Source: Armatimonadota bacterium
GTDB lineage: Bacteria; Armatimonadota; Zipacnadia; Zipacnadales; FEN-943
Direction of reading: 5' to 3'
Length of the DNA stretch: 41,756 nucleotides
Assembly: GCA_026419655.1 (NCBI GenBank)
Contig: JANZZA010000042.1
Span: forward strand, 1 to 41,756
The position numbers and the translations under genes were made by a program. Under the pieces are notes generated by a model, which was not told the origin of the DNA, did no database searches, and saw only the letters and a list, made by a program, of their open reading frames with translations. Shown here in pieces: positions 18,345 through 28,084 of the stretch. Positions within the stretch are counted from its first letter, which is position 1. Every line of letters begins with the position of its first letter.

Positions 18345-19310
18345 CTACATCTCGGTATCCGTAGCGAAGGTTCCGGGATGACCGTACTCGTCGCGTAGCC
18401 GGAGCATGAAAAGGTAGTTTTCCAAAGGGCCGCCCTTGAAGATGCAATTGCTCGTTGAATAGATATAGGCGCCGCTATCCACACCGCCATAGCGCAGGCA
18501 GTATAGGGCACTCTCGCGTATCTGGTCGTGCGTCCCAGCCTGCACCCATGCACAGTTCACGTTGCCGATGAGACAGAAGTTCGGACCGACAATCTGGCGC
18601 ACTTGCGCGATGTCAACGCCCGCCATCGGGTCCAGCGAATGCAGGGCATCAATGCCGGTGGAGACTAGCTGGTCTAGGATTGGCATGATGTCGCCATCGG
18701 TGTGTTTGACGGCAAAGGCGCCAGCTTTTTTGATAGCCGTTACTATTTGTGCCAGAAAGGGCGTGACAAATCTCGAGAACATGCGTGGCGACAAAAAGGG
18801 GCCGTCATTAAAGCAGTAGTCGGCGCACATGAAGATTACTTCGGCCCCCGCACCGATAAGTTGTTGCGCCAGCTTGCACGCGCCCTCAGCCATCTGCTGG
18901 GCCTCTTCCAGCATTTTGTCAGGCTGGTCGGCCAGCCGCATGGCAAAATCCATCATGTGCGTGCCGTCGGGGATTGCATAGGTGCCGTCTACGAAAGCCG
19001 AGAGCATAAACGTGTCGCCAGCGATTTCGCGCACGTACTCGAAAGACTCGCATTGGTCATCTACAGGCAGCCAGTGCAGCCCGGTGATGATGTTCCACTT
19101 GAGTTTGGTGGCCACATCAACCCAGAGTTCAGCGTTGCGCTTGAGCATGTCGCGCCGCCGGGTCCCGGTAACGTCCTGCAGATGCTCGGCACGCAGAGGA
19201 GTCTTGCCGAAATGCTCTTCGCATAGCTGAAACTCCAACTCGAAATGTGGCACGAGGTCTTGAGGCCTGCGACCGCTTAAGGCTTCAATGGCTGACTGGC
19301 GAGGTGTCAC
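18345..19310 (-). CDS. Uroporphyrinogen-decarboxylase (URO-D) superfamily protein (MtaA/CmuA-like fold; function unknown here)
   Basis: The length and the motifs FMCADYCFN.GPFLSP..F..F..P, KHTDG. and LHSLDP resemble URO-D/methyltransferase family members. It has a GTG start with an AAGGGGG SD and lies 27 nt downstream of aconitase. Confidence 0.7.
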   Translation of the reverse strand: MTPRQSAIEALSGRRPQDLVPHFELEFQLCEEHFGKTPLRAEHLQDVTGTRRRDMLKRNAELWVDVATKLKWNIITGLHWLPVDDQCESFEYVREIAGDTFMLSAFVDGTYAIPDGTHMMDFAMRLADQPDKMLEEAQQMAEGACKLAQQLIGAGAEVIFMCADYCFNDGPFLSPRMFSRFVTPFLAQIVTAIKKAGAFAVKHTDGDIMPILDQLVSTGIDALHSLDPMAGVDIAQVRQIVGPNFCLIGNVNCAWVQAGTHDQIRESALYCLRYGGVDSGAYIYSTSNCIFKGGPLENYLFMLRLRDEYGHPGTFATDTEM

Positions 19311-19337
19311 GCTGAGGCCCCCTTGCGCAATTGGTGC

Positions 19338-21263
19338 TTATAGCCTTTCTCGCACGTAGTTGAGAAGGCCACCGGAGATGAGGATTTCGCGCTGGCGCGG
19401 CGCGGCCTCGACCTGGGCCGTGAAGCGCTCACCGGTCGTACCCAGCTCAACCTCGACCTCGCCCGTTTCCACCCCATAGCGGGCACTAACAATCTTCAAG
19501 GGCGTGCCCTGGGATAGCTTTTCGTAGACTTCTCGGTCTATCACCAGCGGCAATATGCCGAAATTAACCAGATTCGCTTGATGGATGCGGGCGAAGCTAA
19601 GTGCGAAGACCGCTTTGATGCCCAAATACATGGGGGCGAGCGCAGCGTGCTCCCGGCTTGAGCCCTGACCGTAGTTCTCGCCGCCGACGATGAACCCACC
19701 ACCGGCCTCCTTGGCCCGTTGCGAAAAGTTCGGGTCCAGACCTGAGAAAACGTACTCCGCAATAGCGGGGATGTTGCTGCGAAGGGGTAGTATCTTGGCG
19801 CCGGCTGGCATTATGTCGTCTGTTGTGATGTTGTCTCCCACTTGCAGCAGTACCACCCCTCGGACCTCATCCTCGAGCGGGCCTCGCATGGGCAGAGGCG
19901 CGATGTTTGGCCCGCGGACGATCTCCACACGCTTGGCTTCTTCCTGGGGTAGTGGAGAAATGAGCATGGAGTCGTCAATAACGGGGTCCGCTGGCGTCTC
20001 GACGAGAGGCGCGGGACCAACTTCTTGCATGTCCACAAACTCCCCCGCGACGGCCGCTGCCGCGCACACGGCAGGACTTGCCAGGTAGACCTGTGCGTCC
20101 GGCGTGCCGGAACGGCCACGGAAATTCCGGTTAAAGGAACGCACTGAGACCCCGCCAGACGGGGGAGCTTGGCCCATGCCAATGCATGGGCCGCAGGCGG
20201 CTTCAAGGATGCGCGCACCGGCTGCCAGGAATGTTTCCAGCAAGCCCAGCCGGGCTGCAGTGAGCAGTACCTGGCGTGACCCTGGCGCAATGCTGAGGGA
20301 AACGCGCGGGTGGACCTTGCGTCCGCGCAACACGTGGGCGACAGCCATCAGGTCAGCTAAAGACGAGTTCGTGCACGAGCCGATGCAGACCTGGTCCACT
20401 GGCTGGCCGGCCAGTTCGCTGACAGGCACTACCCGGTCGGGCATGTGCGGGGCCGCCACCAGAGGCTCCAGCTCATCCAGGTCTACGTCAATTAGCTCTT
20501 CGTATTGGGCGTCGTATTCAGGCTCAAGGGGCAGCCAGTCTTCAGCGCGTCGTTGTAGCGTCATGAATTCTTGGGTTCGGGTGTCGCTGGGGAATAGGGA
20601 AGAGGTGGCGCCGAGTTCCGCACCCATGTTAGTGATCGTTGCGCGTTCTGGCACGGACAATCCAGCTACGCCTGGTCCGAAGTATTCCAGGATTTTCCCG
20701 ACGCCGCCTTTGACGGTGAGTCTGCGCAGGATTTCGAGAATGATGTCTTTCGCCGAGGCCCAGCCACGAAGCTGCCCCGACAGGCGGACGCCCAAGACAG
20801 ACGGACAGCGCATGTAAAAGGGTTGGCCGGCCATAGCCACGGCAACGTCCAGGCCTCCTGCGCCGATGGCCAGGCTGCCGATGCCCCCAGCCGTTGGCGT
20901 ATGGCTATCCGACCCCAGAAGTGTCTTGCCTGGCACCGCGAAGCGCTCCAGGTGTACTTGATGGCAGATGCCGTTGCCGGGGCGTGAAAAATAAATCCCG
21001 TAACGTGCCGCGACGCTCTGCAGGTAGCGATGGTCGTCAGCGTTTTCTGGGCCGGTCTGAAGAGTGTTGTGGTCAACGTAACTGACCGATAGTTCTGTCC
21101 GGACGCGGTCGAGGCCAAGGGCTTCAAACTGCAGGTAAGCCATGGTGCCAGTGGCGTCTTGCGTGAGGGTTTGGTCAATGCGAATCGCTATCTCCTCGCC
21201 CGGCCGAAGTTCACCGTGCACCAGATGCGCGCTCAGTATTTTCTCTGCTAGAGTTCCGTGCAC
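19338..21263 (-). CDS. acn: Aconitate hydratase (~640-aa single-chain 'Aquifex/Thermus-type' aconitase)
   Basis: It has the motifs IDQTLTQDATG, GSDSHT and IGSCTN, which are 4Fe-4S ligand regions, and a C-terminal swivel domain with GENYGQGSSREHAA. The start is GTG at 21263. Confidence 0.9.
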   Translation of the reverse strand: MHGTLAEKILSAHLVHGELRPGEEIAIRIDQTLTQDATGTMAYLQFEALGLDRVRTELSVSYVDHNTLQTGPENADDHRYLQSVAARYGIYFSRPGNGICHQVHLERFAVPGKTLLGSDSHTPTAGGIGSLAIGAGGLDVAVAMAGQPFYMRCPSVLGVRLSGQLRGWASAKDIILEILRRLTVKGGVGKILEYFGPGVAGLSVPERATITNMGAELGATSSLFPSDTRTQEFMTLQRRAEDWLPLEPEYDAQYEELIDVDLDELEPLVAAPHMPDRVVPVSELAGQPVDQVCIGSCTNSSLADLMAVAHVLRGRKVHPRVSLSIAPGSRQVLLTAARLGLLETFLAAGARILEAACGPCIGMGQAPPSGGVSVRSFNRNFRGRSGTPDAQVYLASPAVCAAAAVAGEFVDMQEVGPAPLVETPADPVIDDSMLISPLPQEEAKRVEIVRGPNIAPLPMRGPLEDEVRGVVLLQVGDNITTDDIMPAGAKILPLRSNIPAIAEYVFSGLDPNFSQRAKEAGGGFIVGGENYGQGSSREHAALAPMYLGIKAVFALSFARIHQANLVNFGILPLVIDREVYEKLSQGTPLKIVSARYGVETGEVEVELGTTGERFTAQVEAAPRQREILISGGLLNYVRERL

Positions 21264-21392
21264 TGGTTACACCCCGAAGTTGGAGCAAGCTATCCCCTTT
21301 ACTCGGCGCACAAAGTAGCTGGCTCTTCGCAAGTACGTCAAGCACATGCGCCTAAATTTGTCATCGGCTGCCTGGACAGGGTTGGTCCCGGT

Positions 21393-21686
21393 TCACTGCG
21401 CTGGCCGTACCTGTGTGGAGCCGTCCGAGCGGACGATCAGAATGTGGGTGACCGTGGTTTTAGTGCGGCGGATGAGGTCGCGCTGGAAGGGGTCCATTTC
21501 GTAGTCCGTCTCGGACTTGTAAGGAATGGCTGCAACGACTGCTGGGGGTGCCAAGAGCGTGGCCGTCTGCTCGCCGGCAGGCTTAGTTGTGCTGGCGGCT
21601 TCCGTTTGTGGTGTGGCGCTCTCGGCGGCGAACACGACCAATACCCCGACTACGAGCACCGCGACAACAAGGAAACTACGTTTCAT
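21393..21686 (-). CDS. Small secreted hypothetical protein (97 aa)
   Basis: It has a textbook signal peptide (MKRSFLVVAVLVVGVLVVFAAESA) and a G-rich SD (GGGGGGA) upstream of the ATG. I recognise no family. It overlaps an alternative plus-strand ORF that lacks such features. Confidence 0.45.
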   Translation of the reverse strand: MKRSFLVVAVLVVGVLVVFAAESATPQTEAASTTKPAGEQTATLLAPPAVVAAIPYKSETDYEMDPFQRDLIRRTKTTVTHILIVRSDGSTQVRPAQ

Positions 21687-21893
21687 TGTCCGGTCCCCCC
21701 TGGCGGGTGGGTTGCGGTATGGGGCACCCAGCCCAAATTGGCCCCAAAGTGACGGGCCCTTGCGGCTGCGCCTTGCTTTACTTTAGACGGCTGGCAGGCA
21801 CAGAAGTGCCGCAGGTTCCAGTGACGAAGTCTTTGCTCAGCTTCGGCTGCGGCCAAATAAGCGATTGTCTCCAAGGGGGCGGTAGAGAACGGT

Positions 21894-21923
21894 TTGACTA
21901 GTCCACTTTCGGACGCCTACAAT
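21894..21923 (+). promoter_or_regulatory. Candidate sigma70-type promoter of lipA (TTGACT-N18-TACAAT)
   Basis: The -35 element TTGACT lies at 21894-21899, followed by an 18-nt spacer and the -10 element TACAAT at 21918-21923. A GAGGGGA SD sits 8 nt before the GTG at 21944. Confidence 0.45.
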
Positions 21924-21943
21924 CGGCTGAGGGGATAGCTCCA

Positions 21944-22840
21944 GTGTGCGAAGGAGATGTTGTTCGGCGTCGTTTGCCGTCCTGGCTGCGGGTGAAAACT
22001 GGCAAGGGCCGGGAAGGCGCAGAGACGCGAGCAGTTCTGGCCGCGTGCGGGGTGCATACGGTTTGCCAGGCTGCTCGCTGCCCCAACCTTGGTGAATGCT
22101 TCCGCGCTGGCACTGCAACCTTCATGATTCTGGGCGACGTATGTACACGGGACTGCCGGTTTTGCGCTGTTCCGTGCGGCCGGCCGGCGCTGCCTGATCC
22201 TGACGAGCCGCGCAGAGTAGCGGAGGCGGCTGCGCGCCTGGGGCTCGAGTTCGTTGTGGTCACCTCCGTCACGCGAGATGACTTGCCTGACGGGGGTGCG
22301 GCGCACTTTGCCGCCAGTATCCAGGCTCTTCGCGCACGTCTTCCACAGGCGGGTATTGAGGTTTTGGTACCTGACTTTCTGGGGCGACGGGCAAGTCTGG
22401 AGACCGTGGTTGCTGCCTGTCCGACTGTGCTTAACCACAATATTGAAACTGTGCGCCGCCTTAGCACTATCGTTCGTCCCCAGGCCGACTATGAGCGCTC
22501 ACTGACACTTTTAGCCACGGCTAAGGAATTAGCTCCCCAATTGCCCGTGAAAAGCGGTTTAATGGTTGGCCTTGGCGAGCGCGACGAAGAAGTGTATGAG
22601 ACCTTGGTCGATTTGCGGGCCGCGGGTTGCGACATTGTTACCGTTGGCCAGTACTTGCGCCCATCGCCCCACCAGCTCCCTGTGGACCGCTACGTCAATC
22701 CAGAGGGTTTTCACCTTTATGAAACTTGGGCACGGGAATTGGGGTTTGTTCACGCTGCCTCCGGCCCCTTTGTGCGCAGCAGTTATCATGCGGCCCAGGC
22801 GGCCAAAGAGGCCTTGGCGACGTTTGGCCAAGCGCCCTAG
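21944..22840 (+). CDS. lipA: Lipoyl synthase (radical SAM)
   Basis: Both cluster motifs are present: [12 protein letters not shown] (CX4CX5C) and CTRDCRFC (CX3CX2C). It also has [16 protein letters not shown] and RSSYHA. Confidence 0.93.
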   Translation: MCEGDVVRRRLPSWLRVKTGKGREGAETRAVLAACGVHTVCQAARCPNLGECFRAGTATFMILGDVCTRDCRFCAVPCGRPALPDPDEPRRVAEAAARLGLEFVVVTSVTRDDLPDGGAAHFAASIQALRARLPQAGIEVLVPDFLGRRASLETVVAACPTVLNHNIETVRRLSTIVRPQADYERSLTLLATAKELAPQLPVKSGLMVGLGERDEEVYETLVDLRAAGCDIVTVGQYLRPSPHQLPVDRYVNPEGFHLYETWARELGFVHAASGPFVRSSYHAAQAAKEALATFGQAP

Positions 22841-22854
22841 CCCGGTCAGTGGAG

Positions 22855-25800
22855 ATGGCTGTGCGCAAGCTTATTGCTGTTGTGGCTGAGTGTGTGGTTT
22901 ATGTGCTGATTGCCGCCGCCCTCATCGGTCTGCTCGCGGTGCATACGTTGTCGCGCCGTGGCTGGAGCCGCGATGTACTGCGCAAGATAGCCGCCCAGGA
23001 GCTTGCCAACTTCCTGGGCGGACCAGTGACCGTCGGTCCGGTGACCGGAGACATCTGGCGTGGCATGACTGTGCACGGCTTTGCCCTCGACGATCCGTCG
23101 GGGCGCCGGGCGATGGCTGCCGAGCAACTCCATGTAGATTGGGACCTGCCAGCAATACTGCGCCGCAAAAAAGCGCCTGCTGAGGCTATCCGTCGGCTCC
23201 GTCTTCTCCGGCCGTATGTGTGCCTGGTGCAAGATGAGGCCGGTCGTCTCAACATTGAGCGTCTTTACTTCTTGCTCGTGCGCGGGACTAAGGCTGCTGG
23301 GCCACCGCCAAGGCTGGTATTGGAGATAGTTGACGGGGCAGTAGACTACGACTTGCGTGGGCCCAAAGTACCTCAGGCCCTTAGACGGGGTCGCATCTAC
23401 AGCCTGAACCTGACCGCCGACACCAGGCGGCCTAACCTTTTGCTTCTGTCGGCACGAGGTTCTGCGGCTGCTGCTCCCATGCGCAGGTTCAGCGCACAAC
23501 TCGGGTCTGTCACTGACTCTGGAGCTTTGGGGCTGACGCTGGTCGCGGAAGGCGTCAATGTCGCTGCCCTTGTCCGTCTGACCAAGGCACAGCTTCCCGC
23601 TAAACTGCTCAGTGGTCTAGCCGACTGCCGAGCTGCGGTGTACCGTGGCGCCAGGAAGGCACGGTTGGAATGGTCGGCTACCATAGGCGCTCGGGGGGTG
23701 ACAGCGCAGGTTGCTGGTACGGCCGGATTGGTGAGTGGCGAGAGAGTGGCGTGTTACGCGACGCCAAGGACGCTTTGGATATCGGCCCCGGCCGTGAGGT
23801 GGGGCCCCAGCTTGGCCTCGGTCGAACTTGCACTCCAACAGTACGCGCGCCCGAGCGTAGCGCTGCGCTTTGAGCACGTAAGTGTTTACTGGCCGCAGGT
23901 AGTGGCTGCCCTCCCGGAATCAAGGCGCCGGCAGCTCGCGGGCTTGAGCTACAAGGGGTGGATTACAGGCCGCGGCGAGTACACCGGCCCCAAAGACCAT
24001 GGCGACCTTCAGGCCTCGCTCGCCGCTAGTAGCCCGCTCACGCTGCGCTCGCATGAGGGTACGACGCTGTCAGCGGAAGGAGCCGGTTTCAAGGTGACCG
24101 CTCACGACATCTCGAATCCGGCGGTCACCTTCCAGGCGGATATCCGCAGGCCCAGCGCAACTAATCTTCCTGAAACCGTCGTCAAGGGACGCAGGCAGCG
24201 TCTCCAGCTTGAAGGGCTGAAAGACCTGTTAGTCACCGGAGCCTCGTATGGCGGCACGACCCTGGCCGCTACCAGTTTTTCGGCGGAATCCCTTCGGTTG
24301 GGTGACCTCTCGGCGTATCACGTACGAGGGAAAGCAAGCTTGTGGGGGGATGTTATCCGCCTGTCAGAAGTTTCCCTGGAAACGGCAGGTGGCACTCTGG
24401 CGGTGGCTGGGTTCGCCGGGCCTCATGAGGGCCACCAAAAACTGGCTGTGGTAGGCAGCTTCAACAGCGTTGATCTTCCCACTGCCATCCAGTGGCTTGG
24501 CGGCGGAGAGCAACAACTGACTGGGCGATGCGACGGGCGTTTTGCCCTGGTAGCGCTGGAAGACCGCCTGGATGCCGAAGGGTTTGTGGCAGCTAGCCAC
24601 TTTGCGTCAGGGGAGTTTGCTTTCCGTGAAGCAGTCGCCATGTGCAAGCTGGAGGGAGATAAACTCAGGTTTCCGTGGCTGTTGGCGGAGAGCGAAGCGG
24701 GTTCGGTGGCCGGTGCAGGGGAGCTGGACTTGCAATCTCGACAGGTGAGGCTGAGGTTCGCGGCCGGGCCGGTCGAACTGGCCTCTTTGACTTCGGGGGC
24801 CGGCCTTGACGGGTGGGGAGGGAGCATGTGGGGCACGGGCACGGTGTCCGGCACGAAGGATGGCGTGAAAGTTGAAGCCGAGCTTGTGGCGCACCGCCCC
24901 TCTCGGGGCAAGGCATACGTGGAGGCCGTCTATGCTCGTGTAGATGGAAACCGCCACCGGCTATCGATTCCCAAGCTGCTTGCATGTCGAGACGGTGCGG
25001 TTGCTGAGTTTTCTGGCCAGTTGACCAACCTGCGCACTGAAACCCCTTATGGCGAGGTGTTGGGAGAGCTGCATGCGCTGGGGGTGGACGTGGCCCACCT
25101 GCCGACGTGGGTGGGAGCTGCCCCCAGAGAGGCCCCAAGTGGTTTGGTCGAAGCGCGCGCCCGCGTCAACGGCACGCTAGCCCAGCCCGCGCTGGAAGGA
25201 GATCTAAAGGCTGCGGCGGCGAGCTACCAACAATATTACGCGGCTTCCTTGGCTGGGCCGTTTCGTCTTACGTCGGAGGAATTTGAGTGGAGGTCGGTCT
25301 CTGGCATCGTTGAGGGCATCCGCGTATTGGGAGCGGTTGCTGCCAAGAACTTCGCTGGTTCAGAGGCCAGGGCGGATGTGGAAGTGTCCGTGAGGACTGA
25401 AAAGACCGACCTGTCACGGATCATGGCTGTGCGCCGGCATGGCCTGGGGATAGACGGCCGTGGGGCTGTCCGAGAGGCTTACCTGCACTGGGAGGGCGAC
25501 CGATTAGTTTCAGCCAGCGCCACGGCAGCCATTGAGACCTTACGCTTAGGCAGCCTCAAGGCGTCAGACGTGGAGCTTAATGTCCGCACCGAGGGGGAGG
25601 AGATTGTTCTTCTGCCGGCGCGGATGCATCTCGCGGGAGGGCTGTGTGAGCTGTCGGGCAAGTACGACACTCAGTCACGTACTTTGGCCCTCACCGGTGA
25701 GCTGAGCAACTGCGCTTTGGAAAGTTTCTTGAGCGCGGCTTCCTCAGCGGCGCACGCCTTCATGGAGGATAAGCAAGAGGGTCGTCAGTTGGGGAGACGC

Positions 25801-28008
25801 CTGGAAAGCTGGTCGCATCGCTTAAAGGGGCCGCTCTTTGGGGCTGTCAGAGTGGTCGGACCAACGGACGGCTTGCGCGTGACGGCTGGCATAGACAACG
25901 TTGCCCTTGCGTTGGATGGTCGGGACCTACCAGAGGCACAAGTGCGGTGCGTGTACGACGTTGCGGAAAAAACTGTCCACGACTTGACCCTGGAAGCCCG
26001 CTACGGTGAAGGGCTTATCACAGCCGAGGGCTCGTTTGTTTTGGGCGGGAGGGTGAACGTCTTTGCCGACGCCAGCGCCCTCGATGTAAGAGACCTGCGG
26101 CAGTGGTTGCCATGGCTGCCGCCGGCTAGCGGTACATTGCAGCTTGCCTGCCTGGTCACCGGTGATAGCGACCGACCAGTGATAAAGGGGAGCTGTGACA
26201 TCACCGGCCTGAGTGTTTCTGGGGCGCGATTGGACCTTGCTTCGGTGCCGGTCTTCACTTTGCAGGAGGGCAGCTTGAGCATTGACACTCTGGTCCTCAA
26301 ACGCGGGCCGCATGAGCTGGTGCTCCACGGACGATTGCCCTTCACATGGGACGGCCCTGCTGTTCCCTCTGACCGACCGGTTCAGTTTCGAGCAGCCTTT
26401 GACGCCGTTGAGATTGCCACCTTTGTTGCGCTTGCCGGCGAGTACTACCGGGCGACTTACCCAGACCGGCCAGAATGGGCGCTGTCCGGTCTTGAAGCGC
26501 AGGGGGTTGCGGACGGTGTGCTCAACATCGCTGGCACGCTGGCGGAGCCGCGGATCTCGGGCGTCCTATCAGTGGATGCGCCGGCTCTTAAGCTGCGTGG
26601 CTGGTCGCAGGCGCTTAGGAACGTAAAGCTTCGCGCCACGTTGACCCCCGCTGTGGGCGGGACGGAGATTGCCCTGGAGGGCCCGTACGCCAGCTATGAC
26701 GAAGTTGCTGCCAGCGGCGGTGGTAGAGTCCTGTTGCGGACGACCCAGTTGGACCGACTCTTCTATAACGACTGGCATCTAGTATTCTCGGTTGTGGCAC
26801 CACAACAGACTTTTGCCGGAGGCACGACGGCCAAGGACCTTGCGGTGGTTGCCGCCCTGGATACGGTAGAGCCGGGGAAAGCACGTCTCCTGGTCCGACA
26901 GGGAAGTGCAAAACTGGGAGCAGGTAAAGTCGTCCTGAGGGGGAGCATGGACCTAACCGTCCCCCGGCTGTCCGAACTTCAGCGGAATAACTCGGACTTG
27001 CTGGTAGAGTTCGATAGCGCAGAGGTAGAGTATGGCAAATCATTTGAGGGTCTCTTGGCTGGCACGGTGCGGCTCAGGAATCCCCAGCCGGGCGAGCCTG
27101 CGGCGCTCACGTCGCGCTTGACCGTGTCTAAGGCGCGGATATCCATTGCTTCTACGCAGGCCGCCGGGGAGTTGTACGCGCCGCCGCTCGGTGTTCCGGA
27201 CTTCGGGCTAGACCTTGCTGTAGACTTGGGACAGGACGTAACCCTTCGTGGTGCTGGGCTGCATCTTCCTCTCCAGCCAGCGCCTAAGGCGGTGGTACTC
27301 ACTGGAAGTCTCCGAGAACCTTCACTGCGAGGGTTTGTCAGTGCCAGGCAGGGACGGGCGAGTCTGCCCGGTGGGTTCCTGGCAGTGAAGCATTTCGAAG
27401 TCGGCATGGCCTTGGGCGCGGCAGCGCCGGTGGCGCCGGGCGGCCGCAGGCTCCTCACGTGGAAGGCAGTCGTTAGAGGCGAGGCAGAGCGCGTGCTCTC
27501 CCAAACCGAAGTTGACGGCAGGACAGTGGGGCCTGTTCACATCTTTCTCAGCTTCGCTGGCGAGTTGCCTGGGGAAATCCGTGTTAAGGCTACTTCCGAT
27601 CCGCCCTTGGCCGAGCAACAGATTTATGCTATCTTGGGAGCAGAGCCTTTCGGCGGGTTGACAACGGCTGCGTCGGCCACGGACCTGGCGTCGGAGCAGT
27701 TCGTGTCTCTGCTAGGGCTCGGACTGCAGGCGGCGGTGTTCGAACCACTCGAGGCTGAGCTCCGGGCCATGCTCGGCCTAAGCGAATTCCAAATAACCTT
27801 CGCCCTGAATCAACCGGTCGAAGTAAGGGTAGGAAAGTATTTGCTGAAAGACCTGCTAGTCTCGTACCAGCGGAGTCTGACGTCCGAAGCGAAAGTTGAC
27901 TGGTGGCTATCGGTTTCCTATGAGTTGGGGGCGGGCACGGTTGTTGGCTACTACACTCGCTCGGACGGCGAGAAGCGATTCACGGGAGGCAGGCGACGGA
28001 CGTGGTAA
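22855..28008 (+). CDS. tamB: TamB/AsmA-like translocation and assembly module protein (~1717 aa)
   Basis: It has an N-terminal membrane anchor (LIAVVAECVVYVLIAAALIGLLAV) and a very long beta-rich repetitive body. The DUF490-like C-terminus reads LSEFQITFALNQPVEVRVGKYL...LLVSYQRSL. The track start at 22726 lies inside lipA, so ATG 22855 (or GTG 22849) was chosen. Confidence 0.8.
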   Translation: MAVRKLIAVVAECVVYVLIAAALIGLLAVHTLSRRGWSRDVLRKIAAQELANFLGGPVTVGPVTGDIWRGMTVHGFALDDPSGRRAMAAEQLHVDWDLPAILRRKKAPAEAIRRLRLLRPYVCLVQDEAGRLNIERLYFLLVRGTKAAGPPPRLVLEIVDGAVDYDLRGPKVPQALRRGRIYSLNLTADTRRPNLLLLSARGSAAAAPMRRFSAQLGSVTDSGALGLTLVAEGVNVAALVRLTKAQLPAKLLSGLADCRAAVYRGARKARLEWSATIGARGVTAQVAGTAGLVSGERVACYATPRTLWISAPAVRWGPSLASVELALQQYARPSVALRFEHVSVYWPQVVAALPESRRRQLAGLSYKGWITGRGEYTGPKDHGDLQASLAASSPLTLRSHEGTTLSAEGAGFKVTAHDISNPAVTFQADIRRPSATNLPETVVKGRRQRLQLEGLKDLLVTGASYGGTTLAATSFSAESLRLGDLSAYHVRGKASLWGDVIRLSEVSLETAGGTLAVAGFAGPHEGHQKLAVVGSFNSVDLPTAIQWLGGGEQQLTGRCDGRFALVALEDRLDAEGFVAASHFASGEFAFREAVAMCKLEGDKLRFPWLLAESEAGSVAGAGELDLQSRQVRLRFAAGPVELASLTSGAGLDGWGGSMWGTGTVSGTKDGVKVEAELVAHRPSRGKAYVEAVYARVDGNRHRLSIPKLLACRDGAVAEFSGQLTNLRTETPYGEVLGELHALGVDVAHLPTWVGAAPREAPSGLVEARARVNGTLAQPALEGDLKAAAASYQQYYAASLAGPFRLTSEEFEWRSVSGIVEGIRVLGAVAAKNFAGSEARADVEVSVRTEKTDLSRIMAVRRHGLGIDGRGAVREAYLHWEGDRLVSASATAAIETLRLGSLKASDVELNVRTEGEEIVLLPARMHLAGGLCELSGKYDTQSRTLALTGELSNCALESFLSAASSAAHAFMEDKQEGRQLGRRLESWSHRLKGPLFGAVRVVGPTDGLRVTAGIDNVALALDGRDLPEAQVRCVYDVAEKTVHDLTLEARYGEGLITAEGSFVLGGRVNVFADASALDVRDLRQWLPWLPPASGTLQLACLVTGDSDRPVIKGSCDITGLSVSGARLDLASVPVFTLQEGSLSIDTLVLKRGPHELVLHGRLPFTWDGPAVPSDRPVQFRAAFDAVEIATFVALAGEYYRATYPDRPEWALSGLEAQGVADGVLNIAGTLAEPRISGVLSVDAPALKLRGWSQALRNVKLRATLTPAVGGTEIALEGPYASYDEVAASGGGRVLLRTTQLDRLFYNDWHLVFSVVAPQQTFAGGTTAKDLAVVAALDTVEPGKARLLVRQGSAKLGAGKVVLRGSMDLTVPRLSELQRNNSDLLVEFDSAEVEYGKSFEGLLAGTVRLRNPQPGEPAALTSRLTVSKARISIASTQAAGELYAPPLGVPDFGLDLAVDLGQDVTLRGAGLHLPLQPAPKAVVLTGSLREPSLRGFVSARQGRASLPGGFLAVKHFEVGMALGAAAPVAPGGRRLLTWKAVVRGEAERVLSQTEVDGRTVGPVHIFLSFAGELPGEIRVKATSDPPLAEQQIYAILGAEPFGGLTTAASATDLASEQFVSLLGLGLQAAVFEPLEAELRAMLGLSEFQITFALNQPVEVRVGKYLLKDLLVSYQRSLTSEAKVDWWLSVSYELGAGTVVGYYTRSDGEKRFTGGRRRTW

Positions 28009-28084
28009 CAAACCTTCACGGGTGGGTGATGGTCTGGGGCTGGTGGGTTGCGCGTCCGTCCGAGGCCTGGGTAGGAACCAATAC

